IMG/VR virus record: IMGVR_UViG_3300032327_000191
From: an uncultured virus (IMG/VR IMGVR_UViG_3300032327_000191)
Lineage: Duplodnaviria > Heunggongvirae > Uroviricota > Caudoviricetes
DNA length: 64,000 nt
Direction: 5' to 3' (one strand)
Under the pieces are notes generated by a model, which saw only the letters and a program-made list of their open reading frames with translations, was not told the origin of the DNA and made no database searches. The position numbers and the translations under genes were made by a program. Shown in pieces: positions 46,970 through 56,699 of the stretch. Position 1 is the stretch's first letter. Each line of letters opens with the position of its first letter.

Positions 46970-47237
46970 GCGGAATCCGAATAACTGTTCCTACAGGAAT
47001 TTCAAATGGGTTACCAATCTCGGGATTGTAGTCCATAATCTTCCACCACACTGCTGGAGTTTTGAAGAAACGGTTAGCAACGAGGTCAATGCGGTCAGAC
47101 TCACGCCACGTGTACATGAAGTACTGCGCACGTCCCCGTGGGAACTCCCGAGAAACAAATACATCCGTATCGTACTTGCGAGTGTTCCATGCAGAGTACA
47201 GCTTCCCAGTTGAATACCGACTATCTGTATAAATCAT
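46959..47237 (-). CDS. LysM-like baseplate protein (tail X/gp53-like)
   Basis: DR.D.VA...WW.I.D.NP...G..IRIP. Confidence 0.88.
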   Translation of the reverse strand: MIYTDSRYSTGKLYSAWNTRKYDTDVFVSREFPRGRAQYFMYTWRESDRIDLVANRFFKTPAVWWKIMDYNPEIGNPFEIPVGTVIRIPHVR

Positions 47238-48319
47238 TATTCCACCAATCCAGTAAAGTCAGGGATACGCTTGAACGATATTTTCACCGTACTAAAGATT
47301 GGGACCATACGAACATCAAACATTGTGTGGTTAACACTAAAACCGTCGATAGTTCCCACGTATTTTAGAGACTTACCCAGACTCAGTTTGACAGGACGAC
47401 CCGTAAGCCATCCCAAGTCAGCGGTAGTTCCTCGAAGAGAAGTGTCCGACTTAAACCCAATAACGCTAGAGAGCAAGAACTCTACGTCGTACATTGTTCC
47501 TTTGTTGTAGATTTCTTTTTCTTCTGTAGTATCTTTGGGCATTCGAGGTGAGTAGATGTTTTTGTTTTTGTACTGAGACTTGATAGTCCCATCCGCGTTG
47601 TAGTATTTGAAATCCGCGACTCGGTTTAGTACAAGGTCAAAGTCAATAACACTTTGGCTACCTTGTTGACCCAAAAGATTAAAGGGGTCTCCACCAGACG
47701 CACTAAGCGCAATGTCAATTGCGGGAGTACCGGCGTATGTCATGCTGACACTAGTCGGATTGTAATGGAATTGGAAAGAGTATAGCTCCCACTGAGCAGG
47801 TTTTAAGTTACTTCCCTCAGCGGGGGTAATTGCGTCCATCGTCGTGTCCGGGTTTGGTGGAATGAACAAACTAATCATTCCTTTAGTTTTACCGGCAGCA
47901 CTCCACAACTGTGATGAAGACTCTACTTTAACAGGCTTGTCTTGAATAGCTCCTGAAGCATCTTTTGACAGTAGCTTGTGGAATGATGCTTTTGGACTAA
48001 AGTAAGCATCAGTAACACACCCCACATTGTAGGAAAGACCTTTTCCAGAGTAATCAAGTTGAGGAGGTGGAGGAGGGGGTTGAGGGCTATATTCCCCCAA
48101 TAACTTTTGAGCTTCCTCGGAGTAATCGATGTTTACAGCACCAGTAACTGGTCTTCCCGTGAAAACACTGGTGCTCATTGCCGGGACATATGGGCGACCA
48201 GTAAACGTAGAAGAAGTTATTATTGGGGTGGTGTTAGTTGCAGGACGATACTGCCAAAATGAGGGGTTACTTGGATGTCCTCCAACAATGTACCTTAAAT
48301 ACGGATTTTTTATGAGCAT
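47237..48319 (-). CDS. Tail tube initiator-like protein
   Basis: FQF.YNP..V; V.H..F...M.P; follows tape measure gene. Confidence 0.7.
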   Translation of the reverse strand: MLIKNPYLRYIVGGHPSNPSFWQYRPATNTTPIITSSTFTGRPYVPAMSTSVFTGRPVTGAVNIDYSEEAQKLLGEYSPQPPPPPPQLDYSGKGLSYNVGCVTDAYFSPKASFHKLLSKDASGAIQDKPVKVESSSQLWSAAGKTKGMISLFIPPNPDTTMDAITPAEGSNLKPAQWELYSFQFHYNPTSVSMTYAGTPAIDIALSASGGDPFNLLGQQGSQSVIDFDLVLNRVADFKYYNADGTIKSQYKNKNIYSPRMPKDTTEEKEIYNKGTMYDVEFLLSSVIGFKSDTSLRGTTADLGWLTGRPVKLSLGKSLKYVGTIDGFSVNHTMFDVRMVPIFSTVKISFKRIPDFTGLVE

Positions 48320-50943
48320 TATTTCATCCCCATGTTCTTAATCAAAGTGTCTTTTTCAAGCATGTCCTTCACAATGTTTGCAAAACGACGAGCTTCAGTT
48401 TCTGAGGCTTGAGCAATGCTGAGATTGATAGTCACGTTGTTTCCGCCACCCTTACCAAGACCACCCTGCTTGAGTGCAGTACGCCACACCTCGGCTTGCT
48501 CGGAGGTAAGGATAGCTTCACCCGAGTGGACGTTAACGGGACCGTCGTTTGCAACATACGGGTCACCAGTCTTAGCTCGACGAGCACCGGGCAAGTAGAT
48601 TCCCATAGAGCTACTGGTCAGGTTGTTCTTTCCACTTGCGCCCGTTCCTAAAGCCATGTTCCCCTTAGTCTGGGAGTTTGACCCCATAGCCATAGCTTTG
48701 AACCCACTGTTGGCACCACCACCGCCAACTTCTGCACCACGGTAACTAGAAACCGTCATGATTCCGGCTTTAGCTCGTGAGTCACTGATGCCAGCCATGT
48801 CAGAAGCTGGGGCGGAACTTCCAGATGCAGTAGCGGAGTCATTTTGCGAACCGTATGTTGCGCTAGAAGTTCCATAAAGAACTTTCATGGGGTCAATAAG
48901 TTTTCCAGAAGCATCACGGACACCAAAGTGAAGGTGGGCACCTGTCGAAGTTCCAGTGCTACCTACGTACCCAATAACCTGACCCTGAACAACTTTTTTA
49001 CCAACCGATGTAGCAATTCGAGATTGATGCCCGTAAATAGTCACATAACCATTTGCGTGTTTAATTTCAACACAGTTACCAAGCCCACCATTATTTCCAG
49101 CCATAATAACGTCACCATCAGCCGATGCCATGATGGGCGTACCCATTCCCACACCAATGTCGATACCTTCGTGGTAAGAAGATGCTCCGGGCTTAGGAGG
49201 AGTACGGGGACCAAACCCGTCACTAACAAGTGAGGCGTTACCTGCGGGCCATGTAAATTTAACTGTATTCTGTTGACCAGTTCCTGTTGGTCCTTGCGCA
49301 TTGATTGTGCTGTTAGTGCCTCCTCCCCCAAGAGTTTTTCCGGGGTTATTTACGTCCCCAGTACCTAAAAAATTTCCTGCGTAAGACAACGTCGCACCAA
49401 AGTACCTACCTAGGTTGTTTAACGCAGTAGGTATAAAGTTCAATGCTTGGTCCATAAAGCCCAGAGAAGACAGTTTGTTGTTGTCTTGCATATTTTGTTT
49501 AAAAGCAACATCAAAAAGATTAGGTGCTTCAGTTTTATTTTGCCTAGCAGATATAAGCATTCCGTTATAGTCATTAGCTGCTACAGTCCCACTAGCAACA
49601 GTGGATAGTGCCGCTGTTATTAGGCTAGCTTTACCAACAGACTTGGCTACGCTACCCAGTAAACTTCCCCCAGATTTTGAAGCTACCATAGAAGAGACCC
49701 CACCGGCTGCTCCTCTCAAACCTCCACCACCAATTGCCCCCCCTCCAATAGCTGCAATTACTGTACCTATTACACCAGCAAGAGCAGTGAGTGCGGTAGC
49801 CACCATTTCTTCAGCAGCTTTAACCGAGGCAGCACCGGCTACGCTTCCTTCTAGTGCAGCTTTCATAGCTTTAAAAGAACCAACGGGTCCTGCTGCCAAA
49901 TCTCCAGCTTCTTTGCTCAGTCTTTCAATTTCTGGAATAGTATTTTTTATTGCTTGGATGTAGTTCTCTTGCGCAGCATTTTGTGCCCCAGCATCGGCGC
50001 TAAGACTTTGATATCCCATTTGAGCAGGGTTAAAACCGTTTTTCTCAGCAAATGCTTTTACAGACTTTTCATTTTCTAAATCAAGATTTACACCCTGCGA
50101 ACGAGCAAGCATGAACATGTGCATCATATGTTGTTGGTCTTCGCTAAGTCCAAGCCCAGAAAGAGATGCCCCAAGCTTTCCTCGACGAAACGACTCGTTA
50201 ACTTGGTCTGAAGTTGCCATGGATTGACCCGCAGTCAATCGGTTAGCAATTTCGCCAAACAACTGACCCTGACTCTTTGCCTGTCCCGTACGAGGGTCAG
50301 ACGTGTAAATGCCAAGGTTACGAAGAAGGTCACTAGAAGTTTTACCGCTAGTCAGTCCCTCCAAAGCAACAGCGGAACGTTCATTGCTCATGTTCAAATA
50401 CTTGGCAGAGTTAGCAACAGCCCCAACAGTACCGAGGTAGTTACTCATATTTTGAGTCATACCACGGCTACCAAGGTACTCAGCAGTGCGATAGTCACTT
50501 CCCGCAGAAGTAATCGCTCCGTTAAGGGCGCTAAACGTGGCGGATTGCATCCGCTTAGCCCCACCACCCATGGTTCCGTAAAGACCTGCGTTGTAGTACC
50601 CAGTGGCACGGTCAACAGTGGCTTGCACGTCTGGCATAGCCTCATACTTGCCTTGAACGTAACTAATCCCAGCAGAAAATGCTCCAAGCCCCAACTGAGC
50701 CATGATGGGTTTGACCATACCCCGCATGCCCATGCCGGTTTCGCCCTCATTGGGTTGTCGAACTGGGGCAAGACTGTTGCCCATAATAGGACCACCAGAG
50801 GGCGAGTTACCGGAGAATGTTCCTCCACTAACTCCCTTGGCGCTCTTTGTTAAATCACCAAGAGCACCGGTAGCGGATTTAACTCCGGATTCAAAAGCTT
50901 TTAGGTCTTGAATAGTACCGTCGAGTTCATTTCCGTCACTCAT
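48319..50943 (-). CDS. Tape measure protein with M23 peptidase domain
   Basis: Long Ala/Gly helical region; HEGID, YGH and HLH; VH.GE.IL. Confidence 0.88.
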   Translation of the reverse strand: MSDGNELDGTIQDLKAFESGVKSATGALGDLTKSAKGVSGGTFSGNSPSGGPIMGNSLAPVRQPNEGETGMGMRGMVKPIMAQLGLGAFSAGISYVQGKYEAMPDVQATVDRATGYYNAGLYGTMGGGAKRMQSATFSALNGAITSAGSDYRTAEYLGSRGMTQNMSNYLGTVGAVANSAKYLNMSNERSAVALEGLTSGKTSSDLLRNLGIYTSDPRTGQAKSQGQLFGEIANRLTAGQSMATSDQVNESFRRGKLGASLSGLGLSEDQQHMMHMFMLARSQGVNLDLENEKSVKAFAEKNGFNPAQMGYQSLSADAGAQNAAQENYIQAIKNTIPEIERLSKEAGDLAAGPVGSFKAMKAALEGSVAGAASVKAAEEMVATALTALAGVIGTVIAAIGGGAIGGGGLRGAAGGVSSMVASKSGGSLLGSVAKSVGKASLITAALSTVASGTVAANDYNGMLISARQNKTEAPNLFDVAFKQNMQDNNKLSSLGFMDQALNFIPTALNNLGRYFGATLSYAGNFLGTGDVNNPGKTLGGGGTNSTINAQGPTGTGQQNTVKFTWPAGNASLVSDGFGPRTPPKPGASSYHEGIDIGVGMGTPIMASADGDVIMAGNNGGLGNCVEIKHANGYVTIYGHQSRIATSVGKKVVQGQVIGYVGSTGTSTGAHLHFGVRDASGKLIDPMKVLYGTSSATYGSQNDSATASGSSAPASDMAGISDSRAKAGIMTVSSYRGAEVGGGGANSGFKAMAMGSNSQTKGNMALGTGASGKNNLTSSSMGIYLPGARRAKTGDPYVANDGPVNVHSGEAILTSEQAEVWRTALKQGGLGKGGGNNVTINLSIAQASETEARRFANIVKDMLEKDTLIKNMGMK

Positions 50944-51095
50944 TAGTTACCTATCTGTCCGTAGTTTTTGGCAATCTCTAGCCAGTTTTTACGCTCTCGA
51001 TAAGAGAGGTCTCTAATTTCAGACAGAGTCCATCCAGTGAATGACCTAGTCAAGGCAATCCATTCAGTCAAAAGAACTCCGTAATTAGAAAGGTT
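50943..51095 (-). CDS. Tail assembly chaperone C-terminal extension (frameshift product or TTG start)
   Basis: GWTLSEI..L..RER..W motif in the +1 frame between chaperone and tape measure. Confidence 0.65.
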   Translation of the reverse strand, partial: NLSNYGVLLTEWIALTRSFTGWTLSEIRDLSYRERKNWLEIAKNYGQIGN

Positions 51096-51915
51096 AGAAT
51101 TGAAACAAAGTGCCGAGGTTAATCGGCACCACCACCTCAGACTCACAGTCGGGGCAAGTAACTGTGATGTCTTGAAACTTTGGACCGGGAGCACGTTCTG
51201 CGATAACCTCGCTAATTTTTCTGCGGTCCTTAATTCCAATGTTTTGAATTTGCACTTTGTTGTAGACAGGGTTGCCGTCAATTGCGGTAACCGTGTTTTC
51301 CAAAAGAATAGACGTCAGTTCCGGAACAGTCTTTTCCAATGAGTTGTTTAATTCTTTTTGCACAACTCCTGTGGGAAGAATCACGGTGTATTCGTGGTTA
51401 GCTCCCTCTACCGTAAATGCTCGCTCTTCAATCGGGTCGATAAGAGGCTTAACTTTGATGTCTGTATTCAAGTCCACAAGTACATCTTTAATCTCTTCAC
51501 AACCACCGCAGTATGCTTTCATCTCGGAAGGATTTCCGAACGTAGCCCGATAGATGCCCAACAACAATGCGTCACGGTCTCCCGCAAACATCTCGTCGAG
51601 CATCTTTTCTGTAACAGAAACTCCTCCTACAGATACAACTCCACGACTAAGGATGATGTTGAACATCCGTCCCAAAGTCGTTGCCCGAGAAATTGCTTCC
51701 TCATCTTTTCCTGTAAGTTCACGTACTTCGGCGGTCTTGGCGACCTCCCCGTCAGGCGTGATATACCCAGCGGGGAGGTCAACCAAAGTATCCGAAGGAA
51801 GGATTACAGGTACTTCAGTTGATGTTTCGACTTCTTCTACTTCTGCCAGAGCCTTGGTGATAAGCTCGTTTGCCAAACCGGGGTTGGCACTGGCGTTAAT
51901 CGTGTTAGATTCCAT
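51094..51915 (-). CDS. Tail assembly chaperone / T4 gp26-like hub assembly protein
   Basis: VRELTG.DEE; GDRD.LL; CxxC...CPxC. Confidence 0.8.
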   Translation of the reverse strand: MESNTINASANPGLANELITKALAEVEEVETSTEVPVILPSDTLVDLPAGYITPDGEVAKTAEVRELTGKDEEAISRATTLGRMFNIILSRGVVSVGGVSVTEKMLDEMFAGDRDALLLGIYRATFGNPSEMKAYCGGCEEIKDVLVDLNTDIKVKPLIDPIEERAFTVEGANHEYTVILPTGVVQKELNNSLEKTVPELTSILLENTVTAIDGNPVYNKVQIQNIGIKDRRKISEVIAERAPGPKFQDITVTCPDCESEVVVPINLGTLFQF

Positions 51916-51938
51916 AGTTATACTCCTGTATTAGTTAT

Positions 51939-52616
51939 TTACCGAATGACCTGCGGGCGAAGAGTCTTCTTTGCCTTTGCAGTAGCAGCCTTAGTACCGG
52001 CTGAGGTAGAAGCTGCATCAAAGTTTGGTGCGCTTTCAGTCAGTGACGGTGCCCAGTTGACGTCGAAGCCTTCGTGAACAATGTTCATCTGCTCAACAAA
52101 CAGAGCGTTGTCACCTGCGTTCAAGTCAGAATACGCCACGGAGGTAACCCACGCGTTGTAAATGTTGAACCGCATTGCAACGTGGTCGGCATTTGTTGTT
52201 TGCGTTGGGTCAGCAGGGTTAGCACCAGCAATTGGGTGGCTAAGAACCTGAATCTCGATGTCACAACGGAAGTCCGACAGCGAACCACTGCTTCCCGAAG
52301 CCTGAACCGTACGGAACAGGCGCTTCATCCAGTCCCAGTTCTGCGTGGTGCCAAGGGTGACGCCGCGCTGGAACTGAACCGGGGAGAACGTGGTCTGTCC
52401 CGGAATCTGGTGAACAGTGGTGTTGTAGCCACCCTCACGATACGGGATGCTGTCGGTGGTAACACCGAGACCCGTAACAGAGGTGAACCCAAGCGCGTTG
52501 CCTCCCATGCGGAAGTCAAGCACCGTGGGGTCAAACGGCTTGAACAAGACTAGGAATCGAAAGTTCCTAATCGGGTCGGTCGTAAGGTTTGACCGGTTGT
52601 TGATAATGGTTGGCAT
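51939..52616 (-). CDS. Tail tube protein (T4 gp19-like)
   Basis: DP.RNFRF; YREGG; RG; AW......LNA; HEG. Confidence 0.93.
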   Translation of the reverse strand: MPTIINNRSNLTTDPIRNFRFLVLFKPFDPTVLDFRMGGNALGFTSVTGLGVTTDSIPYREGGYNTTVHQIPGQTTFSPVQFQRGVTLGTTQNWDWMKRLFRTVQASGSSGSLSDFRCDIEIQVLSHPIAGANPADPTQTTNADHVAMRFNIYNAWVTSVAYSDLNAGDNALFVEQMNIVHEGFDVNWAPSLTESAPNFDAASTSAGTKAATAKAKKTLRPQVIR

Positions 52617-52635
52617 TATCTGTTATCTCCTTCGG

Positions 52636-54447
52636 TTAGTTTGCAGTCTTTTGGCTGAGCGTGATGACTACGAATTCAGCCGGGTACTCAAGCGAGACAC
52701 CGACCTCGATGTGTACCTCGCCATTGGCGATGGTTTCAAACGGGTTGTTCTCAGAGTCACACTTGACGTAGTAAGCCTCGTCCGGCGTTGTTCCTGCAAG
52801 ACCGCCGTTGTTGCTGTACGTGTTCAAGAACACTGAGATTGCCGTACGAAGCTGCGACCAAAGACGCTCATCGTTGTTTTCAAACAACGCAAAACGCGTA
52901 ATCTCTTTAAGGCTTTGCTTCAAATAGATGAGCGAACGACGCATCGAAACGTAGCGGTTAGCCGTACCATCCTGCTTCAGGGTGCGAGCACCCATGACCA
53001 CAACTCCCGCACCCGGAATATCGCGGATTGCGTTAATCGGGGAGGAAGCAGAGTTTAGCAAGTCAAGGTCGCTGTCGCTGAGACGACGTTCCGTCGTAAC
53101 AACTCCGCCAAGCTCGGCACGAAGACCAGCAGGAGACTTGAACGGACCAAAATCTCGGTCAGTTGACAAGTAAAGACCAGCAACAGCACCAGCAGGACCG
53201 CATTTACGAATCGAACCAGCATTGCGTCCCAACGGGTCAGCAATGTAGATGTTCGGGTAGTAAACAGCGGCGTAGCTGGAGTTTTGCAACCCTTCTGCAT
53301 AAGCCAATGCGGTTCCGGAAGTAGAGCTAGTACCGACAGCTAAGTCCGGTGCAGTTTCCAAAACGGCAAACCCGTTGTGTGCCTCAGCCCAAGCGGTAAG
53401 AGCATCGTGAACCGTTGAGTATCCCGCTGCAATGCTTCGGAATATTTCCGGAGCAAAAATAACGAGAGGAGTATCAATGGTGTTGAGGTTTGCAAGAGAA
53501 GCAACGTAATCTGATGCAATCGGGGATGAAGAGGGCAACCCCGTGACGCTTCCACCCGAAGTGTAGCTTGCAAGGGAAGCTGTATTTGCAACCGTAAAAG
53601 TGAACGGTGATGCCGTTGTAATTGCGGTGATAACCGCATTAGCTACGTTATACCCAGTTGGCGTAATTCCCGTAACAGTAGCCAAGTACCCTACTTGGAA
53701 ATTGTGTGCAGCAGAAGTGGTGTAAACCACAGTGCTTCCATTGCTCACTGCTCCAGTAATCGTGCTAGTTGAGGAACTTCCACCACCACCATTGCTACCA
53801 CCGGACAAAACAAGAACCGTAGGTGAGGTACTTGCGGGGTCCTGAGCCGTTGGGAATAAAGCGTGCGTGTTATCAGTAATGGCTACTGAAACATACTGTG
53901 ACTGAAGGTTCACTGCCGTAACAATGTAGTCTCCAGAGTTAACGTCATTGAACACGATGTTGTTGAATTGCTCAACAAGTACGTCATCCGTAACGTTCTG
54001 ACCGGTGTTACCACCCGTAGTTGTCTCTTTGTAAACAAGCATGTTGAAATAGGTTGCACCCTGATTCGACGAGGTGAACACAACACGGAGGTCGTTTCCA
54101 CCAACACCGGGGTCGAGAGCAGTTACCGTACCAAGGTTACCCGTCGTGCTTGCCGGGATAGAGACCGTTGCTTTTGTAGCGTTACTGCTCAGTACGCGCT
54201 GGACATAAAGCTGTGAACCACCGCTCTTAAAGAACTGACCGACGCCAAACGTAGCGGGGTAAGCGGCGTTGTACCCACCAAATACTTGGGTAAACTGGTA
54301 CCACGAGTTCACGAGAACTGGGGTAACTGGACCCTGCGCAAATTGTCCGACAGCGCAACCGATAGCCTCGGTTCCACCAGCCGCAGTAATGGGCGCAGGA
54401 AGAAGGCGTTCTGATACATAAACGCCGGGACGACCGTAAGCCATCAT
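52636..54447 (-). CDS. Tail sheath protein
   Basis: RPGVYV.E; FF..GG; YYP; GARTL; FE.ND; PAEFV. Confidence 0.95.
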   Translation of the reverse strand: MMAYGRPGVYVSERLLPAPITAAGGTEAIGCAVGQFAQGPVTPVLVNSWYQFTQVFGGYNAAYPATFGVGQFFKSGGSQLYVQRVLSSNATKATVSIPASTTGNLGTVTALDPGVGGNDLRVVFTSSNQGATYFNMLVYKETTTGGNTGQNVTDDVLVEQFNNIVFNDVNSGDYIVTAVNLQSQYVSVAITDNTHALFPTAQDPASTSPTVLVLSGGSNGGGGSSSTSTITGAVSNGSTVVYTTSAAHNFQVGYLATVTGITPTGYNVANAVITAITTASPFTFTVANTASLASYTSGGSVTGLPSSSPIASDYVASLANLNTIDTPLVIFAPEIFRSIAAGYSTVHDALTAWAEAHNGFAVLETAPDLAVGTSSTSGTALAYAEGLQNSSYAAVYYPNIYIADPLGRNAGSIRKCGPAGAVAGLYLSTDRDFGPFKSPAGLRAELGGVVTTERRLSDSDLDLLNSASSPINAIRDIPGAGVVVMGARTLKQDGTANRYVSMRRSLIYLKQSLKEITRFALFENNDERLWSQLRTAISVFLNTYSNNGGLAGTTPDEAYYVKCDSENNPFETIANGEVHIEVGVSLEYPAEFVVITLSQKTAN

Positions 54448-54485
54448 TTCTCCTTAGGTTAGATTTTGATTCTGGGGGGAACGAA

Positions 54486-55136
54486 TTATTGCGTAATAGT
54501 AAAGTTTGGAACTGGAGTAAAGTAAGGGTCGCTTGGACGCCCTCCTTGTTCCACAACCAAAGGTGGGGTATTGATTTTTACCGATAGAACTTCGTAAAGT
54601 TCTGTTAGTTTTCCTTGCACGACCTCCGAGGAAACCCGTACTGTTATTGCGTTTACGTACAAGCGCTTTGCTTGTTCGGTGACATCACGCTTTGTGACAT
54701 CCATGACATCCAATCGGCGGATTGTTCCATCATCCGTTTCAAGGTAGCCAAATCTGAGAGGGAACTTCGTCGTGAGCAACTGAGCAACAATTGCCCGGTC
54801 ATGACGCGGGTGGCGAGCATAACTAGTGATTTGATAGTCAATGTTTACTGGGATAGGAAGGTTGGTAATAAACCCAACTACAGATGGGGAAGAGGGCGTA
54901 TGAGGGATGTAGGGCGCAGACGTCAATCCTCGGTGTTCCCGAGACGTATCCCGTTGAACATCAATCATGTCAATTGTGATGTATGGGTAAGACTGGTTAC
55001 GGATTTCTTGGTCTGGCTGTCCGTACCATACACCCACAGTTCGTGTGGCAACTTCCCCGTTGGACTTTTGGTCTTCAACCGTCATGCCTTGAAGTTTTTC
55101 ACGCAACGCTTTGTCTTCAGAAAGAAGGAATGTCAT
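54486..55136 (-). CDS. Tail terminator/completion protein
   Basis: YP.ITID; P....YQI; immediately upstream of sheath. Confidence 0.65.
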   Translation of the reverse strand: MTFLLSEDKALREKLQGMTVEDQKSNGEVATRTVGVWYGQPDQEIRNQSYPYITIDMIDVQRDTSREHRGLTSAPYIPHTPSSPSVVGFITNLPIPVNIDYQITSYARHPRHDRAIVAQLLTTKFPLRFGYLETDDGTIRRLDVMDVTKRDVTEQAKRLYVNAITVRVSSEVVQGKLTELYEVLSVKINTPPLVVEQGGRPSDPYFTPVPNFTITQ

Positions 55137-55432
55137 TTCTTTCCTCCCCGAAGTGCGCGACTAACAACCCGTCTGGATGCCTCGCGGTCATTGTTCAACT
55201 TGCGAATGACAGCAGTAGGTCGGCTGTGCTCAGTTCCAAACTCATGCTTGAAAACTTGCTCGGCGTAATCAGGGTGAACGTGTACGCCCATCTTCTGGTC
55301 TTTGTACTCGACGCGAATGTTGTTGACAACATCCTTGTCCCAACCATTTGACAAAGCGCGGTTGCGCAACTCAGACGTCAGTTCCTGAGCAGTCTGGTGC
55401 TTAAGATTGTGAATGAACTTTGCAATACTCAT
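55133..55432 (-). CDS. Neck/tail completion protein
   Basis: E.GT...P motif; position. Confidence 0.6.
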   Translation of the reverse strand: MSIAKFIHNLKHQTAQELTSELRNRALSNGWDKDVVNNIRVEYKDQKMGVHVHPDYAEQVFKHEFGTEHSRPTAVIRKLNNDREASRRVVSRALRGGKK

Positions 55433-55562
55433 CGGGTCACCTCAAGCGGAATGGGCGCATGCGACGTACGCATGGCAAGTACTGATACAGCATTCATTCC
55501 GCAAAATCCCCTAAAGAGGCGCAAAACCGGCGAACCGGGTAGGCTCCGCACGGATACCTACA
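55433..55562 (-). ncRNA. Candidate structured RNA leader
   Basis: About 130-nt intergenic region with hairpins and an 8-bp closed multi-way junction. Confidence 0.5.
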
Positions 55563-55578
55563 CTTCTAGGATAGAGAA

Positions 55579-55601
55579 ATGCCCCGCATTTAGCGGGGCA
55601 T
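55579..55601 (-). terminator. Intrinsic terminator ATGCCCCGC-N5-GCGGGGCAT
   Basis: 9-bp stem plus T-rich tail after the Lys-rich operon. Confidence 0.75.
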
Positions 55602-55618
55602 ACTCATTTGGGTTTGAA

Positions 55619-55819
55619 TTACTTCTTGCCAGACTTAATCTTCTTAGCAAGAGCATTGTCTTTCTTGGTGTCCTGCGCCTTGGTAAGTTTGGTGTTCTTA
55701 TCCATCTTGGCGTCAGCCTTTTCAAACTTTGCCTTTTGAGCAGGAGTCATGCCCTTCATGGTCTTGGCATCCTGCTTCTTGTCAGCAGCAGTTCCAATGT
55801 ACTTTTTTGCGGTAGCCAT
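55619..55819 (-). CDS. Lys-rich basic microprotein
   Basis: TAATG coupling. Confidence 0.75.
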   Translation of the reverse strand: MATAKKYIGTAADKKQDAKTMKGMTPAQKAKFEKADAKMDKNTKLTKAQDTKKDNALAKKIKSGKK

Positions 55820-55986
55820 TACTTGCTCTTTTCTTTTTTCATTTTTGCAGCGGTGATTACATCTCCACGAGTAATCTTGGTCTTGTCGCCGTACATTGCG
55901 GCAAGCTTTGCGTTCTTTCCTTTAGGTGCATCTTTCTTTGCACGCGCTTTACAAGCGGCGCATTTGCCGCACTTACACATTGCCAT
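55819..55986 (-). CDS. Lys-rich microprotein with CKCGKCAAC
   Basis: Read manually, 55 aa; TAATG on both sides. Confidence 0.7.
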   Translation of the reverse strand: MAMCKCGKCAACKARAKKDAPKGKNAKLAAMYGDKTKITRGDVITAAKMKKEKSK

Positions 55987-56144
55987 TAGTTTTCCTTCTT
56001 CTTAATTGGACGGACTCGACGGAGTCCGGTTCGTGCTAAAACGCCTTTCTCAGCACCAGTGTTTGCCCGCTGCTTTGAGGTCATAGATGTTCTAGACAAT
56101 TTGTCAACCACTTTTACTGTGGTCTTCTTTTTCTTTTCAGCCAT
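55986..56144 (-). CDS. Lys/Arg-rich microprotein (MAEKKKK...)
   Basis: ATG 56144; coupled. Confidence 0.7.
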   Translation of the reverse strand: MAEKKKKTTVKVVDKLSRTSMTSKQRANTGAEKGVLARTGLRRVRPIKKKEN

Positions 56145-56448
56145 TCTTTTTACCTTCGTTTGCTTTACGAATAGCAGCAGCCTTTTTCTTTGCGTCTGCT
56201 TTGCTGGACGCTCCCCATGCCTGAAGCGAGAGGAGAAGTCGAGTAGGTTCGCCGTTAGGCTTGCGTTCTGGTCCGGGCATTCCGCCCATACGAGCAAGGA
56301 ACGCGGCACGACGAGGGTTGTTACCCGACTTAACGGGAGCCTTTAGGTCAGAGCCGGGGTGTGCCTTTTCGTATGACTTGCGCCCCTTCTCGTTGAGACC
56401 GCCCTTGGCGTTCTTACCGTCTTTACGTTGCCACGCTTCACTAGCCAT
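56137..56448 (-). CDS. Basic protein, DUF6321-like (AWQRK.GK...GGLN.KGR)
   Basis: Motif recognition; AGGAG RBS. Confidence 0.8.
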   Translation of the reverse strand: MASEAWQRKDGKNAKGGLNEKGRKSYEKAHPGSDLKAPVKSGNNPRRAAFLARMGGMPGPERKPNGEPTRLLLSLQAWGASSKADAKKKAAAIRKANEGKKNG

Positions 56449-56699
56449 TAGCTGCTCCTTCTGTATGCTGCGGTTTTTTTGGCAATCTTCTTTGGTTGAG
56501 GGGCAACTTGCTTTCCCGCTTTGCCTCCATCGCCTTTAGCTTTTGCGCGGTTAGTTGCGGCTTTTTCCGCTGGGGTTAATGCCGACCAAGCTTTCTCGGG
56601 AAGATAGCGTTTCTTGCCCTTAGAGGGAGTACCGTCTGAGGTGGTCCACTTTTCCTTTGTCCACTTATCCAGTGACTTTTGAGGGGCTGCCTTAGCCAT
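56448..56699 (-). CDS. Basic protein, DUF5872-like C-half (Q.SL..WT.EKW.T...RYLP)
   Basis: Motif recognition; coupled. Confidence 0.8.
   Translation of the reverse strand: MAKAAPQKSLDKWTKEKWTTSDGTPSKGKKRYLPEKAWSALTPAEKAATNRAKAKGDGGKAGKQVAPQPKKIAKKTAAYRRSS

Noticed and set aside
55446..55502. Hammerhead ribozyme or tRNA interpretation of the junction
   Set aside because: No CUGANGA/GAAA core, no T-loop consensus and no CCA end
55397..56005. 202-aa hydrophobic + strand ORF
   Set aside because: Phe/Leu richness mirrors the Lys codons on the - strand
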